A stretch of 64,000 nt of DNA, taken from the sequence record NC_047880.1. One strand, 5' to 3'. The stretch's first letter is position 1. Each line of letters begins with the position of its first letter. This document shows positions 55,402 through 64,000 of the stretch, piece after piece. Made by a program: the position numbers and the translations under genes. The notes beneath the pieces were generated by a model. That model was not told the DNA's origin. It searched no databases and saw nothing but the letters and a program-made list of their open reading frames with translations.

Positions 55402-58400
55402 AGATATCCTCGGGCAGCACAAGACATAGAACCACAAGAAGCATCACACACGGTGATTTGTGCCCACGTCCAGTAACCATTGACCTGTTGAATAGCATAC
55501 ACCATCGACGGGTCAAAGCCCCACACAGAAGTTGCGTTCTGCAACGCTGCGAGTTCAGTTGCGAAATAACCTTCTTTCAGCGGTTCATCAATATATCCGT
55601 GATCAGGCTCGACAGTCCACGCTTCCAGCACAGGTCTTTCTAATCCGTATACTTTCGTCTTAGTGACTCGCGCTTGTTTCACGTCAGCCCTGATGACAGG
55701 ACGAGCTGTTATTCTCGGTGCAGAAACATTAATAGGATTCGACTTAGGTGCAGACACCTGAATCGCCTTAGACGTATCTGCTTTATTGACGGACTTGAGG
55801 CTTACGTGGCGTTGGTTGTTGTGATCAATTTTGTTGACCACATCTGCAACACGGAACGATGGCGTCTGTGTCTCAACATGCGAAGCAACAAATCGTTCTT
55901 GACTGAACACACTTTCTGCACCCGCTACAGGGTACTGTACAGGAGCTACAGCCTGTCGTGAGGGAGAAGCACCGACGTAGTAATGCGTCTCGCTACTATT
56001 CCAACGAACAAACGGAATCTCAGGCAAGAAGATAACGGCTGGGTGATACAGAGGATCTACATAGCGACCGGTCATTGTTTTGACACGATATACCATCTGA
56101 CCCGGAATCCATCGCACGTTACCGTTATCAACACCGTACACCGCATTGCTTCCAACACTCAACTTAGCAGTAGAGGCAGCGATTTGGTATGTAGCGCCAT
56201 TATCGACCTTAACAGCTTCTGCGGACTGTTGGCGATGAACTATCTCGTCAATGAGTCTAGCGTCAGCAATCGGAATTTGCCCGCCAGCAGGGTCTCTAAT
56301 GATACGTGCGGTCGCATTAGGGACGTGTGTAGGCGCCTGCTCGAGGTACTTTTTAGGAAGCAGAGCATCTGCACGACCTTTTGAGTATGTCTGATATCGA
56401 GGCTCCGCAATGTCGAAATACTGCGGTTTATCGAGAAGCATCTCAACGAATGTATTGCTGAACGTGTCGGCAATAAACTCTCGGTCTGTGAAGAACTGTT
56501 GGTCGAACTCAGACTCAACAAACTCTCTGTCCGTAAAGAAGTGTGGCCAGAACGTATCAGAACGAACAGTCTCGCCAAGCATTGCCTCAAACAGAGGATA
56601 CGTGGTGATCGTGTCTTTACGTCCAGTGATAAATGCAGGCAGAGGCATTGTTGTGCCCGCTACATCTTTACCACTAACCATCTCGAACAAGTCGAATCCA
56701 TCAGCACGAATGTCTGTAACGGTATCGAATTCAAACAGGTCGAACTTGTCTGACTTGATATCCGTAACAGCGTCGAAGTCCAGTGACGCATACGGTGCGA
56801 TGAAGTCTTTTTGCCCAACGATAAACGTAGGAAGAACGATATCCTGACGCGGTGTTGGGGACTGTGTGACTATTGAGATATCCGCGCTCGTATTCGCATG
56901 AGTCTGCGCTTGCTCGAACTCAAACCAAGAGTCACTGATTGCTACTGCTCGGTCAACAGCATTGAGGAACGCATGAGAAGCAACTACCGATACGTGCTCA
57001 GTAACACGATCATCAAACGCAATACCAACCATTTGTTTTGATGACTCAGGTTGATACTCATACGTCGGGTCAGTGGTCATATCGTACAACCACGGAAGAG
57101 GCGCATTGCCTAGCATCAACGTGTGAGGCTGATCGTGAGACGGAAGTCCATGTATCTTGAGCATCGTCTCAGAACATTCGAACGGTCCGATTACTAGTCC
57201 TTGATCTCGATACACACCACGACTGTCAAGTTCTTGAACGACACGCACACCATCAACATCGAGCAGCATACCAGCAGGGATTTTGATATACGTCCAGAAG
57301 TTATCAGGTATATTGCCGAACAGAATGTCGTCGCTCTCGCCCATGACATAACGTTCAGCACGTTCAGTCGGAGGCACTACACCCAGCCATACTTTGTCTG
57401 CCCACACAGACCACACGTAACTGTATTGGTCTGAATTGAACTTGACGCTGTATTGTTTGTTCTCACTCGGAGTAAACTTCAAGTAAGTTGTAGCGTTTGG
57501 TGCAAGCGTTACCGTCTGGCCACCCTGACTGAATTGTGCATCAGTCTCCGTGATTGTAAGCACAAGCGGAATAGTGCCTGTGTTAGTCATCACGTCAGAG
57601 CGTACTTCAACTCCGATAGGTGCATATGCCCAGTTACGTCCTACTACAAGCTGGCCTTCAACAATCGTGTACACACCAAAGTGAGAACTACCTTGACCTA
57701 CGTTAACGTCAACGCGGGTTGTGTTGTTCTCATGTTGAATCTCAAAGCCTAACGTTTGATTGTTGCGAACATAAGCAGGCATCGGAGTTTCAACGCCGTT
57801 CACAAAAATCTTAACACGCGAGTAATCTTCAACACCATCGACAAGCACAGACACAGGAACAGAAACGTTGATGCCTATGATTGCAACGTCAGCAGTACGG
57901 TTCCACGTATCGTTATCAACACCGAGAATATTATCCCACGCATATGCGTTCGGTGTGTCGTCAGCTTTCATCTCAAAGACATGGACTGTACGACCGATAG
58001 AGATAGGGAATGTGCTGCTTGTGATATACTCGTGGGCAAGAGTGACTTCAATCTCCTGTCCATCGTACACCTTAGTTACAGGCTTGCGTGTTACTGTCTC
58101 AACACCATCGTCATCGACAGTGCGCGTAACAAGTTGCAGAGAAACAGTAACGCCATCAGGTGCTGTTACAGGCAGACCAATATCCGGGTCACCTGCGTCT
58201 ACGTTAACAGTGAATGTCACGGTAGGACCGAGTTCAACGTTAGCGAGTGCAGGCATAACAGTTTGATAGTTACGAATAGCAACGTGTTTCAAGTTGTTCG
58301 TAGGACGTGCTGCGTAATAGAACAGGCGATCATACGAACTGGCTAACGTATAAGGTGCAGTAAGCAACTCAACGTAAGACCAACCAGCACGGGTTTGAAC

Positions 58401-59579
58401 AGGCGTCTCACTATCTGCAAAACTGAACAGAGCATCAGAGCCATTCGAATCCATACCAGCAACTAACTTGCCACCAGTCTCAGTCCATGCAGCGGTCGTG
58501 TTAAACACAACACAATCATTTGCGACTAACGCACGAGGAGGTACATACTCTTTGTTGTCACGAATGTTGAACTGGTGGATGTTGCCTTGAGCATCATAAC
58601 CGAGTACGAGGAAAGAACTTGGAACGAATTGATACCAGAATACTCCTTCAGGAAGCGTAAGCCCCATTGCAGTAATCTGACCATCAAGCGTTGACAGAAC
58701 ATCGTAGCTGTCTGAGGCGTTGACATAGAACTTATCAAAGATCGATTTGGTCTGAACGAACGTAGCACTAAGGAAATGCGCAACGCCGTCTTTGTCAAGT
58801 ACCACGTAACTGTCTACGGTGTTAGAGCCTACACCAGCGCGTCTGCAAACAACACGGTTAACTTCATACGGAAGCTGTGTGCTGCCTGTCTTGAACATCG
58901 CCTCGTCAAAGGTTTCAATCAAACCACTTGTGTGGAATACTACGGCTGAACGTTTATTCTGTGCGTCATAGCTGATCTTGTACGCAGCGAGATCAACGTT
59001 ATTCATTGCACCGTAGATTTTGGTGTTCGCTATCGAATCAGCATTGCTAATCCAATAAAGAGTCTGGTTCTGTCTATCGTAAACGAATGAAACAGGCTTC
59101 GTTAAATCGAATACGGCAGATTCAAGTTGAGAGAACGGAATCACAGCACTTGACTGCATTGCATCAGTTGTCGGGATGCGAACGCCACCACCAAGCACAA
59201 GACCATTATACGTTGGGTTGACTACAGAACCTAAAGGAAGAGCATCGAAGCCTTTAGTGACTAAGCGATAGTCCAGCTCTTTCGTCTGAGGCAGCATGAA
59301 GATGCGAGACGCGCTGTTAACGAGTACCCACAAATCGCCGTCTTGATAATAGACGAGAACAGGTTGTGTAGCAGAAGCATTGACTGTGATAGTCGCCTTC
59401 AAACTTAATGCGTATGCAGCACCAGTAGGCGAGATATCTTTTTCAGTCGTGTCATCATCGAACGTACCGCCTGAGACACGGAACTTGAGTTGCTCTGTAT
59501 GACCTTGAATGGTAGCAGCATCAGTCCAAGTCTGTTGGCCAGTAGACTCAACGACAGTGATTAATTCAGCCATGTTCAC
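55389..59579 (-). CDS. Large fibre/structural protein (1396 aa)
   Basis: Propeller-like N-part, Ig-like middle (DDTPNAYAW...R.A.V.I.GIN.SVPVS), low-complexity stalk and a Cys-containing tip. Confidence 0.7.
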   Translation of the reverse strand: MNMAELITVVESTGQQTWTDAATIQGHTEQLKFRVSGGTFDDDTTEKDISPTGAAYALSLKATITVNASATQPVLVYYQDGDLWVLVNSASRIFMLPQTKELDYRLVTKGFDALPLGSVVNPTYNGLVLGGGVRIPTTDAMQSSAVIPFSQLESAVFDLTKPVSFVYDRQNQTLYWISNADSIANTKIYGAMNNVDLAAYKISYDAQNKRSAVVFHTSGLIETFDEAMFKTGSTQLPYEVNRVVCRRAGVGSNTVDSYVVLDKDGVAHFLSATFVQTKSIFDKFYVNASDSYDVLSTLDGQITAMGLTLPEGVFWYQFVPSSFLVLGYDAQGNIHQFNIRDNKEYVPPRALVANDCVVFNTTAAWTETGGKLVAGMDSNGSDALFSFADSETPVQTRAGWSYVELLTAPYTLASSYDRLFYYAARPTNNLKHVAIRNYQTVMPALANVELGPTVTFTVNVDAGDPDIGLPVTAPDGVTVSLQLVTRTVDDDGVETVTRKPVTKVYDGQEIEVTLAHEYITSSTFPISIGRTVHVFEMKADDTPNAYAWDNILGVDNDTWNRTADVAIIGINVSVPVSVLVDGVEDYSRVKIFVNGVETPMPAYVRNNQTLGFEIQHENNTTRVDVNVGQGSSHFGVYTIVEGQLVVGRNWAYAPIGVEVRSDVMTNTGTIPLVLTITETDAQFSQGGQTVTLAPNATTYLKFTPSENKQYSVKFNSDQYSYVWSVWADKVWLGVVPPTERAERYVMGESDDILFGNIPDNFWTYIKIPAGMLLDVDGVRVVQELDSRGVYRDQGLVIGPFECSETMLKIHGLPSHDQPHTLMLGNAPLPWLYDMTTDPTYEYQPESSKQMVGIAFDDRVTEHVSVVASHAFLNAVDRAVAISDSWFEFEQAQTHANTSADISIVTQSPTPRQDIVLPTFIVGQKDFIAPYASLDFDAVTDIKSDKFDLFEFDTVTDIRADGFDLFEMVSGKDVAGTTMPLPAFITGRKDTITTYPLFEAMLGETVRSDTFWPHFFTDREFVESEFDQQFFTDREFIADTFSNTFVEMLLDKPQYFDIAEPRYQTYSKGRADALLPKKYLEQAPTHVPNATARIIRDPAGGQIPIADARLIDEIVHRQQSAEAVKVDNGATYQIAASTAKLSVGSNAVYGVDNGNVRWIPGQMVYRVKTMTGRYVDPLYHPAVIFLPEIPFVRWNSSETHYYVGASPSRQAVAPVQYPVAGAESVFSQERFVASHVETQTPSFRVADVVNKIDHNNQRHVSLKSVNKADTSKAIQVSAPKSNPINVSAPRITARPVIRADVKQARVTKTKVYGLERPVLEAWTVEPDHGYIDEPLKEGYFATELAALQNATSVWGFDPSMVYAIQQVNGYWTWAQITVCDASCGSMSCAARGYLSGG

Positions 59580-59596
59580 CTCACGATGCAGAAACT

Positions 59597-59620
59597 AAAA
59601 TGGGCGCCCGAAGGCACCCA
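59597..59620 (-). terminator. Intrinsic terminator
   Basis: TGGGTGCC-TTCG-GGCGCCCA-TTTT. Confidence 0.85.
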
Positions 59621-59632
59621 GTGAGGATTGCA

Positions 59633-60802
59633 TTAGGCGCCTGATTTTTTATCGTCAGCCAAGAAGAAGATACGCATACCGGTGTTGTTCGGACTGTTAG
59701 CAGTCAGAGCTTTGTACTGGCGTTTCAGCGGCTCACCTTCTGGGAGTCCATCAACAGTTTCGTTGTAGACCTGTACGTCGATGGTTGTGCCGTTAGAGAT
59801 AACGTCAGAAGACGCATAACCAACAACATCCATTTCGTACGGGTAGCTATAACGCTGCGTGTTGAAGCCCTGTGGCAGACGGAAATCGAAGTGGTTATCT
59901 TCGGAGAACGGAACCATCTGATAAGGGTTGATAACAGCAGAGGCATCAGCACTGTGGATGTGAGCGAGAACAGGTAAAGTCGGCGCATTCACATCAGACT
60001 CACGCACGGTGAAGCGCATGATCTGGTATGAGCCTGGGCTGTTCGGAACAGAACGCACTTCGGTGCTGTTATCGCTTGAACCACCGCCGTTGGTAGAGAA
60101 CATGCAGAACAGAGGTGCTTTACCGTCTTCAACAACAGTACCATCAGAGTTGATAGCACGTTGCACAACAAACCACGCAGCACGACAACCATCAGAGTCA
60201 CGGCCTTCCACTTGAATGTGGACAGCAAAGCCATGATCAGTGATTGCCAGATGATACGTGAACGGAGTTGCTTCTGGGTCAGCGAAGATCAAGCTGTCTG
60301 CGTTCGTCTGCAAAGTGGCGCTTGTAGTAGCATTCGGTGGGAATGCCATAGAGCCGCCGTAGAACACAGTGGTGTTTGCGTTCTGAATACCGCGATGGTA
60401 GAAAGCAACTTCGTTATCACCAGCAGCACCGGAAGTACCAGTGTAGCGAGCACCAATCTGACCAGCGTACTCAGGAACAACAGTACCTGCGATAGTCAGA
60501 GCACCAGTCTTAGCGATAGTACCAGTGTCGGAGATCTGCTCAGGTGCAGCAACGTAAAGCTGAGTGCGTTTCTCAGTCAGCTTACACGCTACACGCCAGC
60601 GCTGTGCACCAGTTCCTGCAAGCGGGTCAATAGCGGAAGTTGCTTCAACAACGAATGCGGTCAAGTCAGTTGACGGCAGCGTCGAAGCAATCGTGTTGTT
60701 GTAGCTTACCAGAGAGAAGCCGTTGGCAATCAAATCGGTGAGGATTGATTTCCACATCTTAACGTTGCTGGTGAAGCCTGATTTTACAATCAATTTGCTC
60801 AT
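59633..60802 (-). CDS. Abundant virion structural protein, paralog A (389 aa)
   Basis: Strong codon bias; aligns end to end with the upstream gene; own terminator. Confidence 0.7.
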   Translation of the reverse strand: MSKLIVKSGFTSNVKMWKSILTDLIANGFSLVSYNNTIASTLPSTDLTAFVVEATSAIDPLAGTGAQRWRVACKLTEKRTQLYVAAPEQISDTGTIAKTGALTIAGTVVPEYAGQIGARYTGTSGAAGDNEVAFYHRGIQNANTTVFYGGSMAFPPNATTSATLQTNADSLIFADPEATPFTYHLAITDHGFAVHIQVEGRDSDGCRAAWFVVQRAINSDGTVVEDGKAPLFCMFSTNGGGSSDNSTEVRSVPNSPGSYQIMRFTVRESDVNAPTLPVLAHIHSADASAVINPYQMVPFSEDNHFDFRLPQGFNTQRYSYPYEMDVVGYASSDVISNGTTIDVQVYNETVDGLPEGEPLKRQYKALTANSPNNTGMRIFFLADDKKSGA

Positions 60803-60822
60803 GAGATGAAATCCCTCTTAGA

Positions 60823-61806
60823 TTAAGCAGATGCCACGGCGATAGGAAGAAGCAGACGCATACCACGGTTGTCTTTACCGTTAGCGTTCATACCGCGATA
60901 CGTTGTCTTGAGAGCGGCAGCAGTCGGATTCAAATCTACTTCTGAACCAGCAGACAGGACGTCAGCAGACGTATAGCCCAGCATGTCGAGTGTAGCGAAG
61001 TACACGTAACGCTGAGTGTTGATCAGTTGAGGGAACAGCACGACAGCGCGGTTACCTTCTGCGATCATTACCTGCTGCATCGGGTTGATGATTGGGCAAC
61101 CGTCTGGAGTAGGTGATACAGCAGAAATCGGAACAGTAGCTGAGTAGATACCGTCTTCAACAACAGTGAAGCGCTGAATCGAGGTAACAACCGCAGTATC
61201 TGGATCGCCATTCTGACCGCCACCGCAAGAGAACACACAGAACAGAGGACTGTGATCACCTGGAGTAGTGTCACCAGTCTGAACGCCACGCTGAACAACG
61301 AACCAGCTAAACGCAGTACCAGTGTTATCGAAGCCTTCAGCATTCACATGCAGAGCAACGCCGTGATCAGTTGTAACCAGATCATAGGTCAGTGGGTAGG
61401 CAGCAGTGTCTGCGCTACCATCCATCTTCCAGTCTGCAACGAGGTCAATGAAGAAGCTTGTTGCAAGGCCAGTCTTAGACAGACGCCCGATTTCTACAGT
61501 AGCAGAACGCATCGCTGCGCCGTAGTCAGTGGTACTCACCTGATTATCAGGCAGAACGTTCACAGCCAGTTGTTTGTTCGCGTCAGACGCTTCCAGAATA
61601 ATGCCCCACTTCTGATTCGCATACAGCGGATCGATAGTAGCAGAGGCGAGCAGGTAGAAGCTCTTTGCAGTTGGTGTTACAGTCGTAGCGGCGGCACCAT
61701 CGACAGCTACGAGCGTGAAGCCCGCAGTAATCAAGTCAGCGACCAGTTTGCGAGTCATTGTTTCCAGACCCACAAGTTTGTTTGCAGTCAAATGTTGCAT
61801 AATCAC
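60823..61806 (-). CDS. Virion structural protein, paralog B (327 aa; start possibly 61800)
   Basis: Shares DLI..GF.LV, P.TY.L..TDHG.A.H...EG.D, WFVVQR, PLFC.FS, INP.Q and GMR with paralog A. Confidence 0.7.
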   Translation of the reverse strand: MIMQHLTANKLVGLETMTRKLVADLITAGFTLVAVDGAAATTVTPTAKSFYLLASATIDPLYANQKWGIILEASDANKQLAVNVLPDNQVSTTDYGAAMRSATVEIGRLSKTGLATSFFIDLVADWKMDGSADTAAYPLTYDLVTTDHGVALHVNAEGFDNTGTAFSWFVVQRGVQTGDTTPGDHSPLFCVFSCGGGQNGDPDTAVVTSIQRFTVVEDGIYSATVPISAVSPTPDGCPIINPMQQVMIAEGNRAVVLFPQLINTQRYVYFATLDMLGYTSADVLSAGSEVDLNPTAAALKTTYRGMNANGKDNRGMRLLLPIAVASA

Positions 61807-62588
61807 TCCAATACCAGATAGGTGACAGTGAGTTTAGGTTTAGCAGGTGATGTGCCAATATTTTTCCAGCGCCACGAGATAGTTGGTGTATTATCTCTGT
61901 TTGACAAGAAGCTATATCGACGAAGCTTTCTGATCACAGGATTGCCTTCGCTATCCTCTTCATAGAACACGCCATCATCTGAAAGGAAATTAGCAGTAGA
62001 GCGGAATAAATACGGGTTTCTGTCTGTTCGTTCCGAAGATTCGAAAGCGGACAGTTCGATATCAAACGCATTGAGTTCCACGCGCTGCAACATCAGTGTA
62101 CGGTTCATCTGTAGATCGAAGTCAACAGAAGCACCAGGCTGAATGTACGCACCTGCTTCATACTCAACAGTCTTGCGAACGCCCATGTTCTCGCTACCGC
62201 TCATGTCTACCCAGAACATCGTACCGTTTGCGCCTGATACAAGCGTCATGCCTGCGTATTCAGGTTCAGGTACTTGCGAACTTGGGTCAAGACCTACGAC
62301 AGTTAAACCTGTTTCATCCACAGCAGTGACGAACGGTGACTCAAACTTATAAGCAGAGCCTCCGAACTTCGCATCCTTCCACGTCACGTTGTCTACATCC
62401 AACTGATACATCTTGTTGGTCTCGGTGACGTAACACAATGTCCCAGGCTTTTTATTACCAGCAGACATTGCATCACGATCAGCAAGAGTAGCCAGACAAC
62501 GCATACCCCCACGAAGGTACTTGTCTTCGAGGAGGTATGGAAGTGCTGTAGATGCAGGCAACAAGAACGAAGTCATGTTAACCGGCAT
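61803..62588 (-). CDS. Virion structural/fibre-associated protein (261 aa)
   Basis: N-terminal LRGG...LADRDA....K.GTLCYV...YQL module is common in phage fibres. Confidence 0.65.
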   Translation of the reverse strand: MPVNMTSFLLPASTALPYLLEDKYLRGGMRCLATLADRDAMSAGNKKPGTLCYVTETNKMYQLDVDNVTWKDAKFGGSAYKFESPFVTAVDETGLTVVGLDPSSQVPEPEYAGMTLVSGANGTMFWVDMSGSENMGVRKTVEYEAGAYIQPGASVDFDLQMNRTLMLQRVELNAFDIELSAFESSERTDRNPYLFRSTANFLSDDGVFYEEDSEGNPVIRKLRRYSFLSNRDNTPTISWRWKNIGTSPAKPKLTVTYLVLE

Positions 62589-62599
62589 CTTATTTCTCC

Positions 62600-64000
62600 T
62601 TACGCGATACCTGAACCAGGGTTCGTAGAACCGTAGGTCAGTTTAAACGTATAGGCCAGACTATCGAATGGGAAGTCGTTACGATAGATAACGTAATCGA
62701 CACCGTTGATCTGCACTTCTGCTGGACCAGCAAAGTTGAAGTCATCAAACTCCAACGCACCATCCCAAGAACCTGCAAAGCCCTGCGCGGATTCGACGAA
62801 GTAACCATAGCCGAGAGACTTAGGCCAAGCTACATAGAAGAACACGTTGTTCGATGCGGTACTTGTATTCGCTGGACAGTTCAGCAACTGTTGACCAGTA
62901 GTAGTCAACTGAGTAGCCAGAGACTGTACGAACTGAGCATCATAACCAGATACGGCTTTCACTTTCGCATGAGAACCGAAGCGAGCACCCAAGTCAGATA
63001 CCTGCTCTTTCTTCACAGTAACGTCTTTGGTTGCTGTCACAGTCTTACCGTTCTGAGTATAAGAAACAGTAATCGTCACAACAGCATCAGCAGTCACAGC
63101 ACCAGTTACCAGAGAACCACCAACAACGGTCAGTGGACTCACTGTACCTGACTTAACAGCTACAGACCATGAGGCAGTAGTCGTCACATCAGGCGTTGTA
63201 CCGTCAGACAGAGTTGCAGTAGCAGTGTACGCAGTAGTAACGCCACCGATAACGCTCGTAGGTCCGTTGATAGTAACAGAGTCAGGAGTTGCAGGTGCTG
63301 GCGTGTTTGTCACAGTCAGGGTTGCTGTCTGTGCTACACCACCATACGATGCAGTACCTGTGATGATTGCGGTCTGAACAGTGCTCACAGTATTACCTGT
63401 GATAGTGTTGTTTCCGTTGAACGTGAACGCTGTAGTAGAACCAGAGCTACGTGTAATCACAGGAGTCAGGTCAGACGTTGTACCGCTAGAGAATGTCAGG
63501 CGAAGAATGTAAGTACCAGTCTCACCCTTGTTCACAGCAGTCGGACCAATCAGCTCGCGCTTCGTGATCGTTTCAGCCTGATTGATAATCTGAATCGTTT
63601 TCTCAGGTGTGTACGTTGTACCCTCGATCGTCACAGCAGCAGCACGTAACGTAGCGGTTTGATTCTGCGTGATGGAGTTTGCAGGCACAGTCACTTTGAT
63701 ACGAGATGGCAGAGTACCGACAGACAGTTGAGCGTATGCACCACCCTGAGGTAATGACCACGATGGAGTTGATGCAACGTATTCAAACGCTGTACCTGAC
63801 AGACGTGTAGCACGAACGAGATACTCACCAGCAACGCTACCCTCAGTCACAGTATCTGGACCGATGATTTCAACTGTGCTTACTGTATCAGTAGGACCAG
63901 TAACGGTGAACGACACGCTACCTGTCTTAGACACAGCACCAACAGTTGCAGCAACAGAAAGCTGGAATGTCAGAGTACCGTAGAAACCGGTCAGTGCTTT
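62600..64000 (-). CDS. Ig-like repeat structural protein, 3' part (ORF enters from beyond the window end)
   Basis: Frame is open from 64000 (KALTGFYGTLTFQLSVAATVGAVSKTG...); three I.GP..V.G Ig-like repeats plus a C-terminal domain. Confidence 0.8.
   Translation of the reverse strand, partial: KALTGFYGTLTFQLSVAATVGAVSKTGSVSFTVTGPTDTVSTVEIIGPDTVTEGSVAGEYLVRATRLSGTAFEYVASTPSWSLPQGGAYAQLSVGTLPSRIKVTVPANSITQNQTATLRAAAVTIEGTTYTPEKTIQIINQAETITKRELIGPTAVNKGETGTYILRLTFSSGTTSDLTPVITRSSGSTTAFTFNGNNTITGNTVSTVQTAIITGTASYGGVAQTATLTVTNTPAPATPDSVTINGPTSVIGGVTTAYTATATLSDGTTPDVTTTASWSVAVKSGTVSPLTVVGGSLVTGAVTADAVVTITVSYTQNGKTVTATKDVTVKKEQVSDLGARFGSHAKVKAVSGYDAQFVQSLATQLTTTGQQLLNCPANTSTASNNVFFYVAWPKSLGYGYFVESAQGFAGSWDGALEFDDFNFAGPAEVQINGVDYVIYRNDFPFDSLAYTFKLTYGSTNPGSGIA

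Noticed and set aside
215-63151. Plus-strand ORFs in the track (e.g. 35631-36386, 52648-53322, 44872-45414)
   Set aside because: All lie antisense to well-supported minus-strand genes, lack convincing RBSs or motifs, and several are Ser-rich mirrors of acidic tracts; treated as shadow ORFs.
1-64000. tRNA genes, rRNA, integrase or transposase
   Set aside because: No cloverleaf with a T-loop and CCA, no rRNA-like segment and no recombinase motifs were seen by eye; a tRNAscan-SE run would be the definitive check.

Overview
This is 64 kb of a large contractile-tailed (myovirus) jumbo-phage genome. Essentially all genes are on the minus strand and densely packed, and the window covers most of the virion morphogenesis region. 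Reading in transcription order (right to left): Ig-like and fibre proteins; a 1396-aa fibre/structural protein; an acidic 626-aa protein; NAD-dependent DNA ligase; a GT2-TPR glycosyltransferase; the head module (prohead protease, HExxH protein, acidic scaffold-like protein, decoration-like protein, 366-aa major capsid protein); tail sheath and tube; baseplate hub and spike (gp27/gp5, VgrG-like); an inserted accessory block (Nudix, MmcB-like nuclease, dTMP kinase); a ~1.2 kb region with no long minus-strand ORF; PAAR, gp25 and wedge proteins; then a fibre cluster with four collagen-like paralogs. The gene order resembles my recollection of the RSL1/PaBG/Lu11/Erwinia Y3/Dickeya JA11 group of jumbo myoviruses (inference, not a database result). 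The strongest candidate for an undescribed element is the 22150-23340 interval: it is rich in nested helices, has a 14-bp long-range closing stem and ends in an intrinsic terminator, so it looks like a large structured ncRNA. Other notable signals are a complete Hint (mini-intein-like) domain ending a collagen fibre, a recurring S-X-S (mostly S-E-S) motif and a shared ~55-aa domain in head-associated proteins, a CTAATTT candidate late promoter, and a GT2-TPR enzyme that may glycosylate the Gly-Pro-Thr collagen fibres. All functional calls come from reading motifs by eye; no searches or folding programs were run.
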